30,590 nt of DNA, from the IMG/VR virus record IMGVR_UViG_3300032277_000052, positions 1-30,590 of that record; one strand, 5' to 3'. Below the pieces are notes generated by a model. It made no database searches and was not told the origin of the DNA. It saw nothing but the letters and a program-made list of their open reading frames with translations. The position numbers and the translations under genes were made by a program. This stretch comes from a virus. Lineage: Duplodnaviria > Caudoviricetes. This document shows, one piece after another, positions 1 to 7,012 of the stretch (position 1 is its first letter; the number at the start of each line of letters is the position of its first letter).

Positions 1-168
1 CACCTTCCGACCGCAGTCGACCGCAGCAAACCAGGCGAGATTCACCTTCCGACCGCAGTCGACCGCAGCAAACCAGGCGAGATTCACCTTCCGACCGCAG
101 TCGACCGCAGCAAACCAGGCGAGATTCACCTTCCGACCGCAGTCGACCGCAGCAAACCAGGCGAGATT
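1..168. repeat. Perfect 42-bp tandem repeat, 4 copies (may continue beyond the window edge)
   Basis: Unit CACCTTCCGACCGCAGTCGACCGCAGCAAACCAGGCGAGATT at 1, 43, 85 and 127; each unit contains CGACCGCAG twice. Confidence 0.98.
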
Positions 169-482
169 CCCACAGAATGCCCTATTTCGCGGCCACGGCT
201 TGCGTTATTGTTCCTGAGATGGTCATTTTTTCCCACAATGCAAACAGGCGAGTTTTCAATTCATAATCATAATATTCATTTATAGTTAGTCTTTTATTTT
301 TTTCTTTTTTAAGGTGTCGGGCAATTTTCGCGGTTTCCAACCGTCCCGATTACCTTGGGCAACACTATAGGAATATTGGTGCTATTGTGATTATGCAATG
401 CAAACAAGCGGTTTAACGCTCGCCTGGTTTGTTTATTGGCTTGTCAATATTCATGCTTCCCCGTTTCTACTTTGTGGGTTAT

Positions 483-510
483 CTTACAATCCGGCAAAAT
501 ATCATATAAT
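483..510 (+). promoter_or_regulatory. Candidate sigma70-type promoter for the early ORFs
   Basis: Perfect TATAAT at 505-510 in an AT-rich noncoding stretch; weak -35 (CTTACA, 483-488, 16-bp spacer). Confidence 0.35.
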
Positions 511-608
511 TTCATAGAATAACTGCCGGGTGATATTGTCAACTGTCGATGGTATCCATATATTTTCAAGTGTTGAATTTGTTTTGTCTAACTAGTGAGG
601 GTTTCAAA

Positions 609-917
609 ATGGTTTTTTCGATTTTGTGCGGTGGAGTTGCTGGTGTTTGTTTCTTGGGTTTCTGTTTCTGGTCCGTCCTGGACCGGTTTTCAGAACTAGA
701 ACACGTCCAACGCGCTGAGCGCTCAAGGCTTTATCATGCTGCGTGTACGGCTCAAGCTGAACGGGAACAACAATTGCGCGAGGAACTACGTTTTGAGCGC
801 TGGAAGGCTGACAAGCTCGCCAGGGGTGAAGCTGTGACAATTAAAGCTCCTGCTGGCTACGAGCGCCCACAAAATACAATCACAACCAGACCGATTTTTG
901 ACGTTCGCGAATTGTAA
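609..917 (+). CDS. Hypothetical protein with N-terminal transmembrane helix and charged coiled coil (102 aa)
   Basis: Start moved from 549 to ATG 609 because of upstream GAGGG; hydrophobic MVFSILCGGVAGVCFLGFCFWSVL followed by an E/R/Q-rich helix. Confidence 0.7.
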   Translation: MVFSILCGGVAGVCFLGFCFWSVLDRFSELEHVQRAERSRLYHAACTAQAEREQQLREELRFERWKADKLARGEAVTIKAPAGYERPQNTITTRPIFDVREL

Positions 918-1003
918 GCCGGTGAGTTGATAACCTGGACCTTGGTTTTGCTTGGGTCCTGGTTTTCGTTTTACTTGTTTCTTCAACCAGTGAGGGTTTT
1001 ATT

Positions 1004-1093
1004 ATGGTGTCTGATATTGCAATTTGGATTGTTGGGGGCGCGCTGGTCCTCTCCTGCCTGGCTATCGCTTCTGATATCAGGAGGGTTCTGTAG
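1004..1093 (+). CDS. 29-aa single-TM microprotein (not in ORF track)
   Basis: MVSDIAIWIVGGALVLSCLAIASDIRRVL*; same AGTGAGGGTTT leader as the 609 gene; TAG abuts the ATG at 1094. Confidence 0.6.
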   Translation: MVSDIAIWIVGGALVLSCLAIASDIRRVL

Positions 1094-1816
1094 ATGGTCA
1101 AAATGAATTTTCCTCTCGGTAGCTTGCCGATAGGCGTAGAGAATGCGGTTTCGTGCAATTTTAGTGCAAGCGCTGGCGCTTCTGACAATTGTGATAGAAG
1201 ATGTCCGCAATACAATAACGGTTGTTATGCGCAGAACGGCGAGAATTTCAGGCCGAACCTTAAAAAGTCCGGTTTGCGCCGTGAGAAACATCCTGTTTTG
1301 ATCTTGAACCAAGCAAGGTTAGAAATGCGGAACCGTCGAAACATTTGGTTTCGTTTTTCCTCCAGAGGATCCGTTCCCAAGGTGGGCAAGGCGCGCAAAA
1401 CTGCCGGTTTTGAAACTGCATTTAAGGCACTGATTGCTGAGATTCTGGAAAGCGGTTCAATGGTCCACCTGCCGGTGGAGTCTCTTTCTAAACGTCTTTA
1501 TTATCAGGCGCTGTGTGATGCTGTTTCACCTGGTTCGGTTGTTGTCCGTGAAACGGTCCATTCTGAACGGGTTCTCTTTAAGCGGTCAACTCCTCGTGCG
1601 TTTGTTGTGGGCGGTAAGGGTGATGGGCGTTCAATGCCAGAGCGTATCTCCAAAGCGTACGAGCTACGCGATAGGCTGATTGCTGCGGGCGTTTCTGCGA
1701 TTGTCTGCGGTAAAGTTAAGCCGGCCCGATTTAAGGGCCGTAAAGCTAAGTGCGGGGACTGTAAAGCGTGTGCAGTCGATGCGGTGGATGTGGTTCTCTA
1801 TCCGTTCCACCGATAG
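1094..1816 (+). CDS. Cys-rich phage protein resembling GP88-like putative Fe-S/metal-binding proteins
   Basis: CDRRCPQYNNGCYA near the N-terminus, RFSSRGS core, C-terminal C...CGDCKAC...YPFH; AGGAGG upstream. Confidence 0.6.
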   Translation: MVKMNFPLGSLPIGVENAVSCNFSASAGASDNCDRRCPQYNNGCYAQNGENFRPNLKKSGLRREKHPVLILNQARLEMRNRRNIWFRFSSRGSVPKVGKARKTAGFETAFKALIAEILESGSMVHLPVESLSKRLYYQALCDAVSPGSVVVRETVHSERVLFKRSTPRAFVVGGKGDGRSMPERISKAYELRDRLIAAGVSAIVCGKVKPARFKGRKAKCGDCKACAVDAVDVVLYPFHR

Positions 1817-1827
1817 GGGGGTTGGTC

Positions 1828-1891
1828 CTGGTTCCAGTCTAGGTGATACACCACCTAGACTGGGCAACCAGCGGCGGCGGCGGCGTTTTTT
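1828..1891 (+). terminator. Strong hairpin followed by (CGG)4 and a T6 tract; atypical terminator or processing site
   Basis: CCAGTCTAGGTG (1834-1845) / CACCTAGACTGG (1852-1863) is a perfect 12-bp stem, extended by CTGGTT/AACCAG; the T tract is about 14 nt from the stem base. Confidence 0.45.
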
Positions 1892-1936
1892 GAATTGCGT
1901 GGCAGAGCAAAATGCTCCGCAATTCAGAGAATTCTA

Positions 1937-2081
1937 TTCATCGAGTTCGATCTAGTTTTTTTTTCATCGAGTTCGATCTAGTTTTTTTTTCATCGGGCGT
2001 GATTTTGTTTTATCGAGTCCGATTAAGTTTTTTGTTCATCGAGTTCGATTTTGTTTTATCGAGGTCGGTTAAATTTTTTTT
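1937..2081. repeat. Array of six ATCGA-NN-TCGAT palindrome-like boxes separated by T tracts
   Basis: Cores at 1940, 1966 and 2038 (ATCGAGTTCGAT) with variants at 1992, 2012 and 2058; spacing 26,26,20,26,20. Confidence 0.9.
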
Positions 2082-2099
2082 CAATGAGGAATTAGTTTC

Positions 2100-2441
2100 A
2101 TGGCAATGTCGAAAGAAGAAGCACTAAGCAAGTTAAATGATTTTGCTCACAATGTCATTGGTGACACAATCATAGGTGACCTGGTAATTGATTCGTTGCC
2201 GCATTTCAGAAGTCAGGCTAACAGCGATTACGGTATTCATAATTTGCAGGATTACAAAATGATTTGCGAAGCTCTCAGGGACGAAAACATTTCTTTGCAA
2301 TCTCGGAACACTGAGTTGCACAATACTTTTCAACAATTGCAGACAACAGAAAATCGAATTGAGAAACGTCTATGCAATTTGCGGGAACAAGCGGAGGAAA
2401 TGCGAGACACATTGAACATCCTTCTGGACGAGTCACGTTAA
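2100..2441 (+). CDS. Hypothetical protein with C-terminal coiled coil
   Basis: 113-aa ORF, GAGGA upstream, heptad-like LRDENISLQSRNTELHNTFQQLQ segment. Confidence 0.75.
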   Translation: MAMSKEEALSKLNDFAHNVIGDTIIGDLVIDSLPHFRSQANSDYGIHNLQDYKMICEALRDENISLQSRNTELHNTFQQLQTTENRIEKRLCNLREQAEEMRDTLNILLDESR

Positions 2442-2450
2442 GTTTTTTTG

Positions 2451-2547
2451 CAGTTCGGATTAAATCAGTATTTAATCAGTATTTAATCCGTATTTAATCC
2501 GTAAATCAGTATTAAATCAGTATTAAATCCGATTTAAATCCGAACTG
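2451..2547. repeat. About 11-bp tandem repeats (WAATCMGTATT) bracketed by an 11-bp inverted repeat
   Basis: Eight AATC(A/C)G-containing units; CAGTTCGGATT (2451-2461) / AATCCGAACTG (2537-2547). Confidence 0.9.
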
Positions 2548-2552
2548 TTTTT

Positions 2553-2605
2553 ATTTCAATTTCAATTTCAATTTACTTTATTTCGATTTCGATTTCGATT
2601 TCGAT
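2553..2605. repeat. Hexamer microsatellites (ATTTCA)3 and (ATTTCG)4
   Basis: Read directly at 2553-2570 and 2580-2603. Confidence 0.9.
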
Positions 2606-2627
2606 CATTTCAATTTGGTTTTCAATC

Positions 2628-2975
2628 ATGAATCACAAAACAGAATTTCCCAATGTCCAGGTTCCCGAACAATTTCATTCTCTGATGTTTGACGACATCT
2701 CTCTCGCTAATAATTGCGATTGTCCTACATTTATTCTGCGAGATTCGGTCCTGGACGATCACCATTACATCACAGTCTTGGTGGATAGTATCGGGGTAAG
2801 ATTCCGCGCAATACGTCACAGTGCTTTTTTCGAGCCACAATTAATTTGCGAAGAAGATACGGTTCGCGGATTTTTTCTTTGGCTTTTAAAATCAATCAGT
2901 CAGGAAAAGAAAATTCTATCTAATCGTCGAAAAGTGTTTTTAATATTGGAGAACCAAATTAATGTTGCAAATTGA
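2628..2975 (+). CDS. Hypothetical protein
   Basis: 115-aa ORF, first of three overlapping co-oriented ORFs; no clear SD. Confidence 0.65.
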   Translation: MNHKTEFPNVQVPEQFHSLMFDDISLANNCDCPTFILRDSVLDDHHYITVLVDSIGVRFRAIRHSAFFEPQLICEEDTVRGFFLWLLKSISQEKKILSNRRKVFLILENQINVAN

Positions 2976-3147
2976 ATATATGAACGGCAAAGTAGAGGAG
3001 TTGCCAATCAGCGTTTTTAAAACTGTGTCCAATGCTAGACGTTGGGCAAAAGCATTTATTTTGAATCAAGACATGATCGAAACTCGGTTGTTTGTAACTG
3101 ACAAAGATGGTGTCGAAATCTGTGAAACTTATCGAAAGGAACTGTGA
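2962..3147 (+). CDS. Hypothetical protein (61 aa)
   Basis: GGAG upstream; its TGA overlaps the next ATG (TGATG). Confidence 0.7.
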   Translation: MLQIEYMNGKVEELPISVFKTVSNARRWAKAFILNQDMIETRLFVTDKDGVEICETYRKEL

Positions 3148-3494
3148 TGAAAAACCGTTACCCACATTTTAAACAGCGATTTGAGGAATTTACTTTTAGC
3201 AATGAACTAGGCTTTGACATCGAGGTAGAAGTCGAAGTCGATCCAGGTGAGCCTGAAGTACATACTTATTCAAATGGTGATCCAGGGCATCCAGGAACCC
3301 CATTCTCGTTCGAAATTGTAGATGTCGAGGTCAAATCCGCGATTGTCTCTTGTATTATCGAGGAATACTGTTTGATCGAAATGCAAGGCAAACCAGACGT
3401 TAAGAAAGCGTTTGAAGTTATGCTGCTAGATTACTTTCAAGAAAACATAAACGTACTTGAACTAGAATTACCGGAGGACTTGCATTGTATTTAG
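3147..3494 (+). CDS. Acidic hypothetical phage protein
   Basis: AAGGA upstream, coupled start; contains PGEP...YSNGDPGHPGTP segment. Confidence 0.75.
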   Translation: MKNRYPHFKQRFEEFTFSNELGFDIEVEVEVDPGEPEVHTYSNGDPGHPGTPFSFEIVDVEVKSAIVSCIIEEYCLIEMQGKPDVKKAFEVMLLDYFQENINVLELELPEDLHCI

Positions 3495-3580
3495 TCCTCC
3501 AATTGTTTTGGTACGGGCTAATCATTTGCTGTTTGTGGGAATCAAGCCCACCGACCGCAATTTTTTTCGCCTGTTTAATT

Positions 3581-5947
3581 TTACTCTGGTTTAAATTTAA
3601 GATGTCTTGAAGTAGCAAGAATTTCTTTATTCAGGATCGCGAAGCACTCTCCGCTAAAACCGAATTGTGCTTGTGATTCTGGTTTTTTGAGTCTCTGCAA
3701 CTCTCCGTTGTCCACAAGGTTCTGTATCGCTCGTTTCATGGCATTTGATGCTCCGATCCGGTCATTTTTAAAACAGGCTTTACGAATGCACTTGTGGCTT
3801 AGATAGAACATTGGAATTATTCCATGATCGAACATAAGTTTGTTCAGCATCGAGGTTCCAATCGGTTTGACATTTGCAAAGTCGAGCAAAAGATAATTTT
3901 GAATTGCTGTTCTTATTTCGGACATTTGCATTAGCTCGCCCTGGTCGCCTCCAATTCGCCCCATATCGAATTGTTCTGTCATCGAGTCTACATCGAGGCA
4001 GATTAAATTTATTGCCCACTGAACGCATTCTGGGTTGATTACAGGCTTAACAGGATTGCATCCGACTGCTACCAGCGCAGAAAGTTTTAAGACTTTTAAA
4101 TGACATCTGGTCCAAAGTTTAGCAATCAATCCAGTGTTGTCATTAATCATTTTGTCGCATCGCTCATCGAAGTCAGCAATCATTTCCTCTGCTTCTTGAT
4201 CCATTTCGACATAATTGACAGCGCCATTATTCATATAAGTAAACACGGAACCAAACAGCGAATTAAGATCGTCATTTAATTTCGAGTCAATTTTCGCCTT
4301 ATGATGATTCGGGTTCAGTTTAGGTCTTTTTCCGTAATACGGAATCGTAATAAATCTTGGAATCAAACCCGATTCGACCGTCTGCTCGGTAATACCTTCG
4401 AAATAGGTGCTAGGCTGAGAATCCCCCACAAGGCTGAATGCTGGACTTTTAATCGGGGCAGTGTTCCGAGTCGTATCAGAATAAACAGTTGGTTTGAGAG
4501 TGTCTGTGACTGCTGATTTGGTATAGAGGTCGAGCAAGACTTTCTTAAAACTTACATTCGGTCCGAAGCTATCATTTGATAACTGTTTTAGTTTAAAACC
4601 AAACTCTCCCAAGTTTGACACAAAACAACCTGTCTTGTGTTCGGACAAGGCTCGAACTAAAGACGGACCGGAACTGAAATCGCCTGGTCCTTCAAAGTCG
4701 CCCACTACCGGAAACTGTTTTGTAAAATGGTCAAAAATCAAAGACATTCCACGCTGAATCAAATCTTTACCTCGTCCAGTTTCTGCTAGGACCATGACGT
4801 AATGATTGAGTCCGCTATTTGAAATGTTGTATGACTTCCCGCAAACTCCGGCCATCAATCCTATTGCGCCTGTGATTGCAATTTCGGGAACAGGTCTAGG
4901 TGCTGCTTTAAGCATGAAATCCGCAATGTCTCCCATCAAACCAGGTGGCTTTGGTATTGTGGAATCTTGCCAACCTTTGGGTGCTTCTCTTTGCTCGTAA
5001 CTTGGTTTTATTGGTGCTGAATACAAAGGTTCTTGCGGAACTGATTTCGGAATAATCTCCGAGTTCAACTTTTCTCGAAATTCTTGCAGTTCATTAAACA
5101 AATTGTCAAAATTCAATGTCGTCTCGATTTGATCGTATGCTTTTCGAAGCATTGGTTCGAGGTAGCTCGGTCGAGTTGATTTTTCAGGTCTAAACAATCC
5201 TGATTGAAAAAACATTCTTCGAAGTTGATCTTTATTTTTCGTGTAAAATGCAATTATGTTGCACAATGCCAAATCTGCTTCGGATTGACTTGAATGGTAT
5301 ATTTGCCAGTTTCCGTTCCACAAATCTACAAACTTTTTTCCGTTTTCAGCAGATGCTGCTCTGTTGTAAACTGTCAGGTCGTCATCAATCTGCGGTGAAT
5401 TACCGTCATGAACTTCTACTGTTTCGCCACGACTACTGCCTAGCATTTCCCACAGCATAGAAACTTTAGCTTGTTCGAGTTTAATGATATTTTTGTTGTC
5501 AAAAACATCACCAGTAACTGTCATGTACCTTTCATTTGAATAAACTTCGATGCCGAGTTTTGAAACCCTTCGACCGCTAGGAACGCTCCCCTTACCAATA
5601 ATGTGCAAACCTTTTCCGCTAGGACTGCGTTCCTGATAAGTTCCGAAATCGCGAGCAATGTCAATTTGCCTTTGTCGAGCATCTTCACAATCAATGTCAT
5701 CGAGATCGACAAAAAAGAATGGATCGTTGTGAGTTAAAACAAAACCGATTCCGTGATATTCTCCTGTGACAAGACATGACATTGCTGCTTCATAGGTTGT
5801 CCATTGACCAGGGTTCTTCACAGATGCAGGTCTACCTGTTTGTGGGCAATATGGTATTTTTGTTTTTCGTTTATTTGGAGCATTCTCAATTCGATAGCAA
5901 ACCCACTGCGCATACTCTCGCATCTCTGCCGGTACATTCTCAAGCAT
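3581..5947 (-). CDS. Primase-polymerase (AEP superfamily, NrS-1-like) fused to a DUF3987-like P-loop helicase domain
   Basis: WVCY..TKIPY, GIGFVL, FVDLD (DxD), SPSGKGLH and EVYS..RYMTVTG prim-pol motifs; SEADLALC helical bundle; Walker A-like AETGRGKD. Confidence 0.9.
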   Translation of the reverse strand: MLENVPAEMREYAQWVCYRIENAPNKRKTKIPYCPQTGRPASVKNPGQWTTYEAAMSCLVTGEYHGIGFVLTHNDPFFFVDLDDIDCEDARQRQIDIARDFGTYQERSPSGKGLHIIGKGSVPSGRRVSKLGIEVYSNERYMTVTGDVFDNKNIIKLEQAKVSMLWEMLGSSRGETVEVHDGNSPQIDDDLTVYNRAASAENGKKFVDLWNGNWQIYHSSQSEADLALCNIIAFYTKNKDQLRRMFFQSGLFRPEKSTRPSYLEPMLRKAYDQIETTLNFDNLFNELQEFREKLNSEIIPKSVPQEPLYSAPIKPSYEQREAPKGWQDSTIPKPPGLMGDIADFMLKAAPRPVPEIAITGAIGLMAGVCGKSYNISNSGLNHYVMVLAETGRGKDLIQRGMSLIFDHFTKQFPVVGDFEGPGDFSSGPSLVRALSEHKTGCFVSNLGEFGFKLKQLSNDSFGPNVSFKKVLLDLYTKSAVTDTLKPTVYSDTTRNTAPIKSPAFSLVGDSQPSTYFEGITEQTVESGLIPRFITIPYYGKRPKLNPNHHKAKIDSKLNDDLNSLFGSVFTYMNNGAVNYVEMDQEAEEMIADFDERCDKMINDNTGLIAKLWTRCHLKVLKLSALVAVGCNPVKPVINPECVQWAINLICLDVDSMTEQFDMGRIGGDQGELMQMSEIRTAIQNYLLLDFANVKPIGTSMLNKLMFDHGIIPMFYLSHKCIRKACFKNDRIGASNAMKRAIQNLVDNGELQRLKKPESQAQFGFSGECFAILNKEILATSRHLKFKPE

Positions 5948-5961
5948 TCAATTCGCCTCGA

Positions 5962-6189
5962 TTAAAATTTAAGTGGTTCTTCAGCCAAAAGGTTGTAAAG
6001 TGCGACTGCGATGTCAGCATTCGGGTTTTTAACCTTGCCGTTGCAGAAATTGCTTAACCATTGGATCGAAACCTCCGGCTCAATTCGCTCAACAATTACT
6101 TCAAATGTGTAAGGTCGAGGTCGATTGATGACCAATTTACGAACGTGTTCAACAAAACTCTGCCCTGTTTTTTTGTTTTTCTTTGCCAT
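5962..6189 (-). CDS. Small XRE/Cro-like HTH DNA-binding protein
   Basis: FEVIVERIEPEVSIQWLSNFCNGKVKNPNADIAVALYNLL fits an XRE HTH pattern; first gene of the leftward operon. Confidence 0.75.
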   Translation of the reverse strand: MAKKNKKTGQSFVEHVRKLVINRPRPYTFEVIVERIEPEVSIQWLSNFCNGKVKNPNADIAVALYNLLAEEPLKF

Positions 6190-6226
6190 AGGAAAGTCCT
6201 AAAAATTAGTAAAAAGTAGAGCCAGA

Positions 6227-6255
6227 AACATATTCCCTATAGTTTTTTGTGTCAA
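6227..6255 (-). promoter_or_regulatory. Leftward sigma70-type promoter (HTH + primase)
   Basis: Minus strand TTGACA (6255-6250), 17-bp spacer, TATGTT (6232-6227). Confidence 0.7.
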
Positions 6256-6282
6256 GGTAGTAATTTTTTTTAAATTTTGTTG

Positions 6283-6311
6283 TTGACGGACGATCAGCAA
6301 GTCGATAACTT
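6283..6311 (+). promoter_or_regulatory. Rightward sigma70-type promoter (replication operon)
   Basis: TTGACG (6283-6288), 17-bp spacer, TAACTT (6306-6311), with an AT-rich UP-like tract upstream. Confidence 0.6.
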
Positions 6312-6357
6312 TTCTATCTCACAAGTTTCTTAACCCCCAAATGATTGGAAAAAACTG

Positions 6358-6783
6358 ATGACTAAAAACGAACTTGTAACACAGTGGCGAGAAGCACAGC
6401 AGGCAATGAACTCTTGGAAAGCGGAAGAAGCAAAACTTCGCAAGAAAGTTTTAGAGCGATTTGCTGACGAAAGCATTATTGAGGGAACTCAAAATGTTGA
6501 CACAGAAATTGGCGTATTGTCAATTTCTAAAAGCCAGCGTTATTCTTTGGAAAACAAAAACGGCGAGACACAGGAACTTGCCGAATCTTTGTCACCGGAA
6601 GATCGACTTCGGTTGTTTAGTTGGTCTGCCAAGCTGAACACGAAAGAGTACAAACAACTCTTAAAAATTGCTGAAGCTGAAACTGGTGCTGGTGTTAAAT
6701 CTAGCAAAACCATGAAGCTATTACGGCAGGTTGAAACCGTCATGACTATCAAATCTGGTAGTCCTCAATTGAAGATCAAATAG
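6358..6783 (+). CDS. Phage hypothetical protein, N-terminal coiled coil
   Basis: 141-aa ORF heading the recombination/replication operon; W..A...WKAEEAKLRK..EGTQ..P.L.I layout recalls proteins found beside Sak4-like ATPases. Confidence 0.8.
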   Translation: MTKNELVTQWREAQQAMNSWKAEEAKLRKKVLERFADESIIEGTQNVDTEIGVLSISKSQRYSLENKNGETQELAESLSPEDRLRLFSWSAKLNTKEYKQLLKIAEAETGAGVKSSKTMKLLRQVETVMTIKSGSPQLKIK

Positions 6784-6804
6784 CAATTGATCTTTTTCTT
6801 TTAC

Positions 6805-6830
6805 GCCCGACTTCGGTCGGGCATCTTTTT
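6805..6830 (+). terminator. Intrinsic terminator with UUCG tetraloop
   Basis: GCCCGAC-TTCG-GTCGGGC followed by ATCTTTTT. Confidence 0.8.
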
Positions 6831-6841
6831 AGGAGAAACCG

Positions 6842-7012
6842 ATGTTGGTAATTTCTCGGAAGGTCGATGAAACCATTACGATTGGCGATGCCATTAAATT
6901 GACTGTCGTTAGCATAAAAGGTAACCAAGTCAAAATTGGAATTGATGCACCAAAGGAACTAAAAGTGTGGCGTGATGATTACAAGGAATCCAATGCAAAT
7001 ACAAACGACTAA
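6842..7012 (+). CDS. csrA: CsrA/RsmA-family RNA-binding translational regulator (56 aa; not in ORF track)
   Basis: MLVISRKVDETITIGDAIKLTVVSIKGNQVKIGIDAPKELKVWRDD matches the CsrA signature, with Arg at position 44; AGGAG SD at 6831-6835. Confidence 0.95.
   Translation: MLVISRKVDETITIGDAIKLTVVSIKGNQVKIGIDAPKELKVWRDDYKESNANTND

Noticed and set aside
1-168. CRISPR array
   Set aside because: Units are identical and contiguous with no unique spacers; no cas operon.
549-608. Longer N-terminus for the first ORF
   Set aside because: The SD-like leader shared with the 1004 gene points to ATG 609.
930-970. Terminator between the first two ORFs
   Set aside because: Only a short GGACC/GGTCC pairing with a large loop; too weak to call.
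1664-2127. ORFs 1664-1867, 1680-1955 and 1912-2127
   Set aside because: They overlap a better gene or translate the hairpin and T-rich repeat array into low-complexity Phe/Ser sequence.
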